DNA from: Octopus sinensis | Taxonomy: Eukaryota | Assembly (NCBI RefSeq): GCF_006345805.1 | Contig: NC_043022.1 | Coordinates: 9,114,001-9,178,000, forward strand | DNA length: 64,000 nucleotides | Direction of reading: 5' to 3' | Shown here: one piece after another, positions 52,263 through 64,000 of the stretch | Layout of the letters: each line of letters starts with the position of its first letter | How positions within the stretch are numbered: the stretch's first letter is position 1 | The notes under the pieces: generated by a model | The model's input: only the letters and a program-made list of their open reading frames with translations | What the model was told of the DNA's origin: nothing | Database searches by the model: none | Program-made: the position numbers and the translations under genes

Positions 52263-52950
52263 ATAAAAATAATGATCCTTTCTGCTTTAAACACAAGACC
52301 TGAAATTTTGTTGGGAGGAGGCAAGTTTCTTACTTCAACCCCAGTGACTAACTGGTATTTATTTAATCAATCCAAAAAGGATGACAAGTAAAGTTGACCT
52401 CAGCAGAATTTGAACTCAGATTATAAGGACAGATGAAATGCTGGTAAGCAATCCGTCTGATGTGCTAATGATTCTGCCAGCTCACTGCTTAAGAAATAAA
52501 GATAATCCTTTCTACTATAGGTACAAGGCCTGAAATTTAGGGAAGGGGGCTAGTCAATTACACTGACCCCAGTGTTCCACTGATATTTATTTAATCAATC
52601 CAAAAAGGATGACAAGTAAAGTCGACCTCAGCAGAATTTGAACTCAGATCATAAGGACAGATGAAATGCTGGTAAGCAATCTGTCTGATGTGCTAATGAT
52701 TCTGCCAGCTCACTGCTTAAGAAATAAAGATAATCCTTTCTACTATAGGTACAAGGCCTGAAATTTAGGGAAGGGGGCTAGTCGATTACACTGACTCCAG
52801 TGTTCCACTGGTACTTATTTCATCGACCCTGAAAGGATGACATGCAAAGTTGACCTTGGCAGAATTTGAACTCAGATCACAAGGACAGACGAAATGCTGC
52901 TAAGCAGTTTGTCCAGTGTGCTAACGATTCTGCCAGCTTGACGCCTAAGA
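52263..52950 (-). mobile_element. Three tandem 228-bp copies of a family-B-related SINE
   Basis: aagaaataaa at 52491, 52719 and 52947; units are highly similar. Confidence 0.85.
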
Positions 52951-53171
52951 AATAAAATATACCAACAGCATCATCATCATCATTAAACAGGGTGCAAGAG
53001 ATATTTAAGAACACATTTTAAAATTCATATCTCTAATTTAACAAAAACCAAATATATTTTGATAAAAATTTGTACACGTTTTCAATAAGCTTTCTTATAA
53101 GATTATTTTATGAATCTGCCCTTCAGCTTTGATGACTGCTTCAATGCAGGGCGAGAAATGTTAATTATAAA

Positions 53172-53225
<54 letters not shown>

Positions 53226-53239
53226 CAGCTGATATTTAC

Positions 53240-53371
53240 TGCTAACGCATGTTTGTTTGCAATTTGGATGAGACTTTGGGCAATGGTTGTTAACAAACAA
53301 GTCCTGAGTCTGATGTCTTCAAAGTCATGACGAAAATGAAAAGCTATACTATCAATGATGACCAGTTTCAC
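53240..53371 (-). CDS. RAD51C: RAD51C exon [44 protein letters not shown] (Walker B)
   Basis: ttttttag|GTG acceptor and GCA|gtaaat donor; 132 nt, phase 0-0, same size as human exon 5 (recalled). Confidence 0.97.
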
Positions 53372-54124
53372 CTAAAAAATAGAATAAAAACAATATGTTA
53401 ATGAAATATTTCATAAAACCATCAGCATCATTACAATCAATATCACTGCCAGCATCAGTGTTGTCATCTTCATCACCACCTTGCTAATTATCATCACCAC
53501 CAATTCATTGCTAGTGTTACTTATAAAACATCTTAAGTTTTTCAGGGGTGAGATAGATAGGCCAAAAAAAAAAAAAGAAACTCTAGATGGGCAAAAATTT
53601 ATAACAAAAATTTGCATTCTTGTTTTTTCGCTGATTGACCTTTGGCACAAAATGGATTCAATTAAAAAAATATTCCGTTTGTGTTGTAGAAATTGTCGCC
53701 AGATGTAAGGGTAGCTTCTGATCGGTTGATAAATGAAGTGGTATGTTTTCTGAGCTACCAACCATGCAGCGAAAAGAATATTAAGTTTTGGTACCAATTA
53801 TGTACCACTGTTCATTAGACTGATACAAATAAGTGGTACTTTATTTGTACCACCCAATTTGAAAGACTTAAACAACCTATGATTCCATGCATGGCATGGA
53901 TAAATGGTATATAACTTCTAGACAAAGAGAGATAGTGATGTATGCATGCATTAAGATATTTGCTGATACATTTCTCATAAACAATAGTCTCAAATTTTGT
54001 CTCAAGACCAGAAATTTCAGTACTTGATTGGTACTTATTTTATCAACCCTCAACAAGGATGAGAACATGTCCTCCATCTCCCACTAGATCAATTTACCAG
54101 AGCTTTATTCTCATTCAACGCAAC

Positions 54125-54330
54125 AGCTGTGGGCCGAAAGAGGCCTTGTAGCAGGCCCCACAACCAGATGGCTGGATGTGATTGGGGAAGATCTCCAGAG
54201 GCTTGACGTCACCTTCGAGGATGCAGAGCAGGTGGCATAGGACCACCAGTAATGGAGAACACTTGTGGACCTGGTTGGCTCTATGCATGGTGACTTCTCT
54301 GGGATCACCAGCTTGGAATGACCTCAGCCC
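54125..54330 (+). mobile_element. RTE 3' fragment
   Basis: PTTRWLDVIGEDLQRLDVTFEDAEQVA*DHQ*WRTLV pattern. Confidence 0.65.
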
Positions 54331-54792
54331 TATAATGTAAAAGCATAAAGCATGAACTAAGTAAGCAAGCGAAAGGATGAAAGGCAAAGTCAACCTCAGT
54401 GGAATTTGAACTCAGAATGTAAAGACAGACAAAATGCCACTAAGTATGTTGTCTGATGTTCTAATGATTCTACCAGCTCACTGCCCTACATTTTTCCTAA
54501 ATATTATCAGACAAAATATGAACCTCCACATAATAATTCGAAACACCTAAGCTCCATGTGGCTCTGGCAGAAGGTAATGGCGAACTTCTGCTGACTCTTT
54601 CATCACAACTTTCTCTTACTCTTTCCTCCTGTATCTAGTAGCTTACCTGTGATGGACTGGCGTCCCCTCCAGGTGGAAACCTATATGCCAATGAAACCAG
54701 GAAACTGGCCTTTATGAGCCAGGCATGGCTTGAGAAGGAACAAACAACAAGTGAAATAAGAACATAGCATGAACAAACAATGATAGGTTTAC

Positions 54793-54920
54793 CTTAGGAC
54801 GATCCTTAATGAGTTCCGAAAGCAGGTGTATGATAGCCAGGAGTTCTACATAATCCCGACAACGGAAGTAATGGATCCCATTTAGTACTTTGTCAGTGGT
54901 GAATGTGACAGGAGAGTCAC
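54793..54920 (-). CDS. RAD51C: RAD51C exon (G)DSPVTFTTDKVLNGIHYFRCRDYVELLAIIHLLSELIKDRPK
   Basis: tatttcag| and AAG|gtaaac; 128 nt, phase 1-0; YFRCRDYxELLA matches human. Absent from the ORF track. Confidence 0.97.
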
Positions 54921-55688
54921 CTGAAATATATAAAGTAACGGTCGCTTAGCAACACAAACCCAGAACTAAACACCAACCTCTTAAAAGTTCTTCAAAAGCC
55001 AAACCAAATACTTGCATCACCATCATCCCTGTTTTAACGTCCACTTTTGCATGCTTGTCGGAAAGAATTTACTGAGGCAGATCTTCCACAGCTGGTTGCC
55101 CTTCTGTCACCAATGTTTACCTGTTTCCAAGCAAGGCAGAAATTTTCCTCATGGCCAAAGTGGTGAGAAAGGATCTTCTGATGTTGGGCTACACAGCGGT
55201 AAAGACAAGAGACCAAGACTTCTGTGCTTGAGAAGACATGTCAAGCTAAGTAAAACCATGGCCATCTTTGCATAACAGGCATGTCCTCTACATCTCTTTC
55301 ACTCTCTCAACCTAGAGACCCTAGTCTTACGGGCTCGTGGGTGTTGGTGCGAAATAAAAGCAACCGTGCTAGTGTCACATAAAAGTGCTCCATGTTGGTG
55401 CCACGTAAAAGCACCTGTGCTGGGGCCACATAAAAAGCACATAGTACACTCTGCTAAATGGTTGGCATTAGGAAGGGTTATCTAACCACAGAAACCATGC
55501 CAAAACAGACAGCTGGAGCCCAGGCAATGCTACAGCAGGCCAGCTCCTGTCAAACTGTCCCATCCATGCCAACATGATGAACAAATGCTAAATGATGATG
55601 AACACTTCTATGATGTTGACACACAGAACTATTACACAACGGCAGTACACAGAGACACAAACAAACACCCACAATCACACACATATAC

Positions 55689-55733
<45 letters not shown>

Positions 55734-55736
<3 letters not shown>

Positions 55737-56456
55737 GGTGATTAGAAAAGAAAGTAACTCCCTATTTTAAAATGCTTATAATTTATTTATTAACTATAAT
55801 TTTTTTCTCAAATTTGTTGTGTATGTTCTTTAATATACAGGAATTGATTCCATGTTGTTTTTTTTTCAGATTGATTATTTTGTTTGAAATTTAGAAGCCC
55901 TACAAACATGGCTGGACGTCCTACTGTGCCCAGCTAGCTGCACATTACGAAGTTTGGAGATCAGTTGTTCAAGTGCAAAGATGGTGGAGGACCATTAGAG
56001 GAAGACATGCTTAAGTTGATGCAAAGATAATCAAGAATTGTCATGCAAAATTCATAACTATAGGATTTGTAGCTGGTACTTGAAGTGGTCGTCCTTCCAA
56101 TTCATCAAGGTCCGCATGACTGGCTGGCCAGAAGCCCTGATTTAACACCCTGCGACCGTTTTCTTTGGGGTTGATTAAAGGAGGAAGTCTTCTCTACCCA
56201 ACCAATGACTTTGGAAGAACTTGAAGGGTGAATACGAGAAGTTATGTCTTTCATTCCACAAGACTTCCTGATGAAATCAGTTGATGTGGTTCCCAGGCGG
56301 TTTGAGAAGCTGGTGGTGAATGCTGATGCCTATATTAAATTTTAAATAAAATTCCATGCTACACACTTTCTTTACATATTCGTTTTTTCTAAAAATTATA
56401 GTTAATAAATAAATTATAAGTATTTTAAAATAGGGAGTTACTTTTCAATCACCCTG
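55734..56456 (+). mobile_element. Internally deleted Tc1/mariner-superfamily element, 723 bp, ~65-70 bp TIRs, TA TSD
   Basis: TA-CAGGGTGATT...AATCACCCTG-TA; interior WLARSPDLTPCDRFLWG*LKEEVFSTQPMTLEELEG. Confidence 0.92.
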
Positions 56457-56689
56457 TATATATATATATGACAACACCAACCTTCTGCACACTGAAGGTC
56501 TGGAATCGCTTAATAATCTGAAGTAACTTATGAGCAGGTACTCAAAATCCCTGAGTCTGCCAGACAAGCTTACTGGGCAGCCCTGTTTCATTAGGACCTT
56601 GCACTGTAACAGTATTAACGAACTCTTGTCATTTATATTAATAAACAGGCACATGTGAAACTGTCTAAACCATGTGTGCATGGAAAATG

Positions 56690-56972
56690 GTTGTATGAGG
56701 ATGACAATGATGGTGATGATGATGATGATAATGAGGATGATAAATATGAGGATGATGATGATGATGACCATGATGGTGATGATGATAACGATGATGATAA
56801 GAATGATGATGACGATGATAACGACGACAATGATGATGATGAAGATGACGACGAAGATGATGATGACAATGATGGTAAGAATGATGATAACGATGATAAC
56901 GATGACAATGATGATGATAAAGATGACAATGATGATGATGATGACAACAATGATGATGAGGATGATGATGAT
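56690..56972. repeat. (GAT/GAC)n compound repeat directly after a RAD51C donor site
   Basis: Directly visible; explains the ORFs at 56445-57354. Confidence 0.95.
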
Positions 56973-56981
56973 TCTACTCAC

Positions 56982-57136
56982 CATCTGTATCGAGATTCTG
57001 GCAATGGCAAACAGTCACCTCAGCAATATCTTGAAGTCTTTCAACAATAAAACTGCCTTCTGTGTCTATGTAGATGGCTTCTCCTTCCACACCTCCGAAA
57101 CATTCAGGAATCTGGACATCGACAGCCAGTTGCATG
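56982..57136 (-). CDS. RAD51C: RAD51C exon (C)[51 protein letters not shown]
   Basis: tttctcccag| and G|gtgagt; 155 nt, phase 2-1; near-identical to human [29 protein letters not shown]. Confidence 0.98.
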
Positions 57137-58263
57137 CTGGGAGAAATTCAAATAAAAAGACAGAATTAATTGTCGCAGATATTAGCTTCAGAAATTTTAA
57201 GAATCCCATTGAGATTTCGATTGAGAGATATAGCAGGGTGATGGTATACTCTTTACTCCCTTTACTCTTTTACTTGTTTCAGTCATTTGACTGCGGCCAT
57301 GCCGGAGCACCGACTTTAGTCGAGCACATCGACCTTGGCACTTATTCTTCGTAAGCCTAGTACTTACTCTATCGGTCTCTTTTACCGAACCGCTAAGTTA
57401 CGGGACATAAAGACACCAGCATCAGTTGTCAAGCAATGCTAGGGGGACAAACACAGACACACACACATATATACATGCATATATATGACAGGCTTCTTTC
57501 AGTTTCCGTCTACCAAATCCACTCACAAGGCTTTGGTCGGCCCGAGGCTATAGTAGAAGACACTTGCCCAAGGTGCCACGCAGTGGGACTGAACCCAGAA
57601 CCATTGTTTCCTTTATCTTTTACTTGCTTCATTCACTAAACTACAGCCATACTGGGGCAGCACCTTGAAGAATTTTTAGCAGAATGAATCAATCCCTCTG
57701 TTTGGATAATTTATGCCCATTATAATTTCTCGCTCTATATACACATTTACAATATGAATGCATCATTCAGAATATGGCCAAAATACTGCCTGAATTTACC
57801 TAGGATTTTAACTAAAAAACCAGTACCTTCACAGAAGTACCGATCACATCCATATCCTCTGGAAAAAGAGGATTTGTGAACATTATTCTCCTGCCTATAT
57901 TCTTCTAACTATTTTTACTCTTTATTCTTTCATTTTATTCTTTGTAAACTGTAAATTTTCCCTATCTAAAATATTCATACCTTGTCTTTGATAACAGAAT
58001 ACCCAGTGCACGGACATGCTAATCAACCACTAGGGTTATCTCAGAAACGGCTGTAATACTTCAAATTCACCTTACCCTAGTTAAATTATTCTAATTGATC
58101 TAAGATACTCGTTCTGTCTTGGTTTGATTTTCCCTCTAATATAACATAATATAATACAAATATATGTATGCATGTATGTGTGTGTGTGTGTGTGTTACAT
58201 AAAATGAGACAACAAAGCCCAGCCTGTGTGGGATTTTCAGGACATTTATAAAGAGAAAGTTAG

Positions 58264-58300
58264 TCTTACAGCTGTTTCTGGGATATCCCTCCATCAGAGA
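58264..58300 (-). ncRNA. Hammerhead-like motif in a 244-bp tandem duplication (~58180-58585)
   Basis: Minus strand tct-CTGATGG-aGGG atat CCCa-GAAA-CAGCTG-TA-aga. The second copy has intact CTGATGA (58526-58520) but a 15-nt deletion of stem III. Confidence 0.5.
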
Positions 58301-58342
58301 TGATGTAAGATGGTTAAACAGAAGGATTTAAGAAAATAGAAG

Positions 58343-58384
<42 letters not shown>

Positions 58385-58800
58385 CATATGTGTGTGTGTG
58401 TGTGTGTGTGTGTATTGTGTGTGTGTGTATGTGTGTGTGTTCATAAAACGAGACAACAAAGCCCAGGCTGTGTGGAATTTTCAGGACATTTATAAAGAGA
58501 AAGTTTCTGAGATATTCCTTCATCAGAGATGATGTGAGATGGTTAAACAGAGGGATATGAGAAAATGAAAGTAAAAATAAAAAAAAAGAATATATATATA
58601 TATATATATATTATTCCTTTATTTGTTTCTGTCATTTGACTGTGGCCATGTTGGAGCATCACCTTTAGTTGGACAAATTGACCCAGGACTTATTATTTGT
58701 AAGTCTAGCATTTATTCTATTGGTCTCTTTTGCTGAACCACAAAGTTATAGGACATAAACACACCAAAATCAGTTGTTGGCCAGAGGCTATAGTAGAAGA

Positions 58801-59203
58801 AGGCAGCGAGCTCGCAGAAACGTTAACCTGCCAGGCGAAATGCTTTGCAGTATTTCATCCGCCGCTGCGTTCTGAGTTCAAATTCCGCCGAGGTCGAATT
58901 TGCCTTTCATCCTTTCGGGGTCGATAAATTAAGCACCAGTTATGCACTGGGGTCGATGTAATCGACTTAATCCGTTCGTCTGTCCTTGTTTGTCCCCTCT
59001 GTGTTTAGCCCCTTGTGGGTAGTAAAGAAATAGGTATTTCAGCAGTCTTTATGTTGAGTTCAAATTCTGCCAAGGTCAACTTTGCCTTTCATCATTTTGG
59101 GGTTTAATAAATTAAGTACCAGTTGCATACTGGAGTCAATCTAATTGACTGGCCCGTCCCACTTACCCAAAATTTCAGGCCTTGTGCCAAGAGTAGAAAA
59201 GAT
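58801..59203 (+). mobile_element. Family B SINE dimer nested in a family A SINE with a 14-bp TSD
   Basis: gctatagtagaaga at 58787-58800 and 59204-59217. Confidence 0.85.
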
Positions 59204-59315
59204 GCTATAGTAGAAGACACTTGCCCAAGATGTCACACAGGAAACTGAACCCAGAACCATGTCATTGGGAAGCAAGCTTCTTACTACACTGCCATGCTTG
59301 TGCCTATCATTTGTT

Positions 59316-59363
<48 letters not shown>

Positions 59364-59693
59364 TACAAACAAACAAATCACAACAGATGGCTTGTGGTTC
59401 ACTACAGCTGCTTCAGAAGTGTTTTTTATTGATGAATGAAAATGTTACATCATGAAAAAGAAAACGTTTCCATCAGGTAGATACAGGTAAGAATTAAACA
59501 TATTGAACATCTCAAGAAAAAGTAAATAGTGCCATTTGACTCTTCTGACCCCAACCCCAAAAATATATTCTGTTAGAATACACACACACACACAATCAAC
59601 GTAATTTCTTTTTTTTAAAGGTTTCATTTTCTATGCTTGTATAGGTCAGATCCAAGAGGACTTTATAGAGCAATGCCTTATGGGGTGAATACC

Positions 59694-59920
59694 TATTTCT
59701 TTACTACCCACAAGGGGCTAAACACAGAGGGGACAAACAAGGACAAACGGATTAAGTCGATTACATCGACCCCAGTGCGTAACTGGTACTTAATTTATCG
59801 ACCCCGAAACGATGAAAGGCAAAGTCGACCTCGGCGGAATTTGAACTCAGAACATGACGGCAGACGAAATACAGCTATGCATTTCACCCGGCGTGCTAAT
59901 GTTTCTGCCAGCTTGCCGCC
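59694..59920 (-). mobile_element. Family B SINE with flanking direct repeat
   Basis: gccttatggggtgaatacc at 59675-59693 and 59918-59936. Confidence 0.88.
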
Positions 59921-60082
59921 TTATGGGGTGAATACCATTTCCAAAAAAAACTGCTTTCATCATTTGTTGTGGCACTCAGGTATTTATTCTGAACCCCACT
60001 CACACACATACACACAAACAGACATAGACACACACACACATACATGCACATAGACAAACATAAAGAACGAAGAACCAGTTAC

Positions 60083-60329
60083 CACATTTGGGTTTTACCA
60101 ATGCCTGGAGCCCCGCAGAATTCAGTAATCTTGCCCAATGGTACACCGCCATTCAGCATGGAATCCAATTTCTCAGAAAATGTCACAATACTCTGCATGT
60201 TCTGTTCTTTGAGTAATAAATCAAAAGCTGACACAGTCTTTCCAGCAGAAGTCACAGTCTTTAAAGGAGTACCATTCTTGTGTATACAGTTCAGAATTTC
60301 CATGGCTTCTTCATGGCTTATCTCCAAAT
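60083..60329 (-). CDS. RAD51C: RAD51C exon 2 (D)LEISHEEAMEIL...VTFSEKLDSMLNGGVPLGKITEFCGAPGIGKTQM (Walker A)
   Basis: tttgtccatag| and TG|gtaact; 247 nt, phase 1-2, the same phases as recalled for human exon 2. Exon 1 was not found in the window. Confidence 0.97.
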
Positions 60330-60496
60330 CTATGGACAAAGTCAATAAAAAATAACATAAGTATATATATATATATCCAGTAAAAGCAATTAAGATTCAA
60401 GTGAGTTCTGTTGAATTCACATGAATGCGGTACTTAACTTAGATGCACCAGAAATCTATATGGTATTAACCATAAGATAATGCGGGGTGATTATAA

Positions 60497-60643
60497 ACAA
60501 GAAAAAAGCAACAAAAATGGATCAGTATTTCGGTACAATTGTTTCATACGAAGACCAGCTTTATTTCCAGCCTTAATAAAGCTGGTCTTCGTATGAAACA
60601 ATTGTACCGAAATACTGATCCATTTTTGTTGCTTTTTTCTTGT
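60497..60643. repeat. Perfect inverted repeat, 69-bp arms, 9-nt loop
   Basis: 60497-60565 is the exact reverse complement of 60575-60643 (checked base by base). Confidence 0.98.
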
Positions 60644-60757
60644 ATATATATATATCAATAATAACAAAAGATGAAATTAATTAATTAACTAGTAATCAAT
60701 AATTTCAGCAAGTAGAATTCGGCATGAAAAAGGACCACTTCACGGTAAACTTAAGTA

Positions 60758-61027
60758 ATACCTTACAATAGGGTTCAGCAAAGATTTGCTTTACCACATA
60801 CCGAAGATTAGAAATAGCAGTCAAAGAACCTTAGCTATTTCCTCTACTTTAAAAAGAGATTCTTGGAAAAAACTAATTACTCGAAAACAAATGGATTGTT
60901 TTCGAGTAATTTGTTTTTTCCAAGAATCTCTTTTTAAGTAGAGGAAATAGCTAAGGTTCTTTGACTGCTATTTTTAATCTTCGGTATGTGGTAAAGCAAA
61001 TCTTTGCTGAACCCTATTGTAAAGTAT
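60758..61027. repeat. Near-perfect inverted repeat, ~128-bp arms, 5-nt loop
   Basis: Loop atgga at 60891-60895; two substitutions and one 1-bp indel between the core arms. Confidence 0.96.
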
Positions 61028-61936
61028 ATATATATATATTATATATATATATATATATACATACATATATATCATAATCATCATCATCGTCATTTAATGT
61101 CTGTTGTCCATGCTGGCCGGTTTGACTGGGCTAGCACGCTGGAAGGCTGCACCAGACTCCAGTCTGATTTGACATGGTTTTCTAAGGCTGGATGCTCTTC
61201 CTAATGCCAACCACTCAGAGAGTGTAATGGGTGCTTTTATGTGCCACCGGCACAATGTAATTTGCATGACACCGGGGTGCATACCAATGGTATCAGGGCA
61301 TGTATAAGTCTTGAAAAAATTACAAAAATTGATTCCAAGTGAGAATGCCATCGATAAAGCCGTTTTTGTCCTGCTTTTCTTCCGTCAACCTGTACATAAA
61401 TGCACCTATTTTTTGTTGTTTTTGTACTGCTTAAAGGCATGTTTCTTTCCTGCCAAGCTTACTGTTTAAATCATGTTTGTGTTCTCCCAGTCAACAGCCT
61501 TAACATTACTGGTACTTTAAACTCTTCGGTTGCATATTTGTGTGAATAAAATCGTTTTTCTTTGGAATAGAAAAAAAGTCTATCTTTATTTCTTCTTTTT
61601 CTGGTGTCTCAAATTAAGGTTAAATCAGTGTTTCTCAAAGGGCAGGCCTATGGAACAGTTAGACAAGTTGTTTTGAGAAAATTTGGTTTAAATGTTTGAC
61701 AACTCACAAATCAACTCACAAGGCTTGAGGCTAGGCTATAGTAGCAGACGCTTGCCCAAGGTGCCATGCAGTGGGACTGAACCTAGAACCATGTGGTTGG
61801 TAAGCAAGCTACTTACCACACAGCCATTCCTGTGCCTATGACTATATATTATTTATATAAATACAAGGTACACTGTATTTATATGTGTAATATATATATA
61901 TATATATGTATATATATATGTATGTATGTATATATA

Positions 61937-61967
<31 letters not shown>

Positions 61968-62039
61968 GAGTTGGTGACCTTTGTTTTCCATTAGTCTGTG
62001 TATTTAGCATATGTTTGTATATTTGTTTTCTACATGGTT

Positions 62040-62211
62040 CTTCGAATTATATATATATATATATACATACACAGGTATGTCATATTTTCTGTTGTCTTTT
62101 TATTTAATCCTGAATATATATATATATATACATACATACATACATATATACATACATACATATATATATACATACATACATATATCTATACATACATACA
62201 TATTATATACA

Positions 62212-62242
<31 letters not shown>

Positions 62243-62277
62243 ATACATACATATATATATATAAATATATACATACA

Positions 62278-62309
<32 letters not shown>

Positions 62310-62326
62310 AATATATATATATATAG

Positions 62327-62362
<36 letters not shown>

Positions 62363-62425
62363 ATGTATGTATATATATGTGTGTATATATATATGTATAT
62401 ATATATGTATGCATATATATATGTA

Positions 62426-62519
<94 letters not shown>

Positions 62520-62520
62520 A
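62040..62520. repeat. Long (TA)n/(TACA)n/(TG)n microsatellite block
   Basis: Directly visible; source of the Y/I/H/T-rich ORFs. Confidence 0.95.
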
Positions 62521-62773
62521 ACCCACCCTTAAAACCAGTTGCAACTGGTCTCTGTGAGTAGATCTATCTGTAATACTATTATATATCTCAAGTGTGTAAT
62601 CTGACATCTTCCCTTGAAGAGGGTGCTACCACCACCACCATTACTACAGCTGCAGCTGGTGTCATTAATACAATTACAAGGCAATATTACTGCTAGTACT
62701 TCTAATCCTTCTGTTATTACAGCTATTAAGACTACAAACACGACTAATGTCATTACTACTACTACTACTACTG

Positions 62774-62810
<37 letters not shown>

Positions 62811-63185
62811 GACTACTACATTATATTATATATAAGAAGCTTGCTTCCCAACCACATGGTTCCAGGTTCAATCCCGCTGCCTGACACTATGGCATTCATA
62901 ATGTATATATATGTGTGTATGTATACATACATATATATATGTGTGTGTGTGTGTGTGTGTCTTTGTGCCTCTTTTTGTCCCGCCTTTACTGTTTGACAAC
63001 TGGTTGATGTGTTTGTGTGCCTGTAAGTTAGCGGTTCAGCAAAAGGTTCTGATAAAATAAGTACTAGGCTTAAAAACAAAAGTTCTGGGGTTGATTTGTT
63101 CAGCTAAAACCTTTTAAGGTGGTACTCCAGCATGGCTGGAGTCAAATGACTGAAATATGTAAATAAAAGTATATATATATATATA

Positions 63186-63482
63186 TCACCGTGATCACCG
63201 TGACCGACCAGGCTATCAGATGTTGCTACACATCGCTGGTCACAATGCGCTTTGCATTGTTTTAGCCTTCAAATGACGCCACCCCGCTGGCTAAGCGAGC
63301 AGGCCAACAGAAGAAAGAGTGAGAGAAAGTTGTGGTGAAAGAGTACAGCAGGGGTCGGCACCGCCCCCTGCCGGAGCCTCGTGGAGCTTTAGGTGTTTTC
63401 GCTCAATAAACACTCACAACGCCCGGTCTGGGAATCGAAACCGCGAGTCCGCTGCTTTAACCACTAGGCCATTGCGCCTCCA
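63186..63482 (-). mobile_element. tRNA-derived SINE (family C)
   Basis: Head gtggaggcgcaatggcctagtggttaaagcagcggactcgcggtttcgattccc with A/B-box-like motifs; degraded relatives near 20790-21320. Confidence 0.8.
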
Positions 63483-63945
63483 CACACATATATATATATA
63501 TATATTCTCTCTTTCTCTTTTATTCTCTTTTACTTGTTTCAGTCATTTGACTGCGGCCATGCTGGAGCACCGCCTTTAGTCGAGCAAATCAACCGCGGGA
63601 CTAATTCTTTGTAAGCCCAGTACTTATTCTATCGTTCTCTTTTGCCGAACCGCTAAGTGACGGGGACGTAGACACACCAGCATCGGTTGTCAAGCAATGC
63701 TAGGGGGACAAACACACACACACACACATACACATATATACATATATACGACAGGCTTCTTTCAGTTTCCGTCTATCAAATCCACTCACAAGGCATTGGT
63801 CGGCCCGGGGCTATAGCAGAAGACACTTGCCCAAGATGCCACACAGTGGGACTGAACCAGGAACCATGTGGTTGGTAAGCAAGCTACTTACCACACAGCC
63901 ACTCCTGCGCCTATATATATATATATACATACATATATATATATA

Positions 63946-64000
63946 CAGGGTGTGAAAGGTAAATTGTCGCCATTTTATATTCTTAATTTCATGCATGCAC
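63946..64000 (+). mobile_element. Left end of another Tc1/mariner-type element, cut by the window edge
   Basis: TA-CAGGGTG start, as at 55734. Confidence 0.5.

Noticed and set aside
61280-61392. Candidate RAD51C exon 1 (MAFSLGINF...DTI, G|gtatgc)
   Set aside because: Phase fits but there is no similarity to the RAD51C N-terminus; the true exon 1 is probably outside the window.
1-64000. CRISPR arrays, rRNA, intact tRNA genes, telomeric arrays
   Set aside because: None seen; repeats lack unique spacers and tRNA-like segments are SINE heads.

Overview
AT-rich, microsatellite-saturated eukaryotic DNA, most likely an octopus (inferred from the tRNA-derived SINE families and (TA/CA/ATC)n density); nothing prokaryotic and no CRISPR array. 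Two spliced genes are reconstructable by hand. (1) RAD51C on the minus strand: six coding exons from 60329 down to 49530, all GT-AG and phase-consistent, with Walker A GAPGIGKT and Walker B LVIID; exon 1 was not found and is probably beyond 64000. (2) The last two coding exons of a plus-strand gene (10935-11044, 15456-15566) ending NDEIDDEFNWDKLL*, resembling the FoxJ2/3 C-terminus. A third, uncertain minus-strand gene may start near 45857, with a phase-matched second exon interrupted by an in-frame TAA. The rest is mobile DNA: Penelope-like elements (PLEs), RTE, CR1 and L1/Tx1 LINE fragments, three SINE families, Tc1/mariner derivatives and tandem Helitron-like elements. The most notable signals are at least four recognisable type I hammerhead ribozyme motifs from different sequence families (plus decayed ones), four local inverted duplications around and within RAD51C, a 22-bp CpG-rich minisatellite made of NRF1-type sites, and a low-complexity insertion in the RAD51C L2 loop. 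Most long ORFs in the supplied track are microsatellite artefacts. I cannot claim a wholly new biological system; novelty of each item needs database checks.
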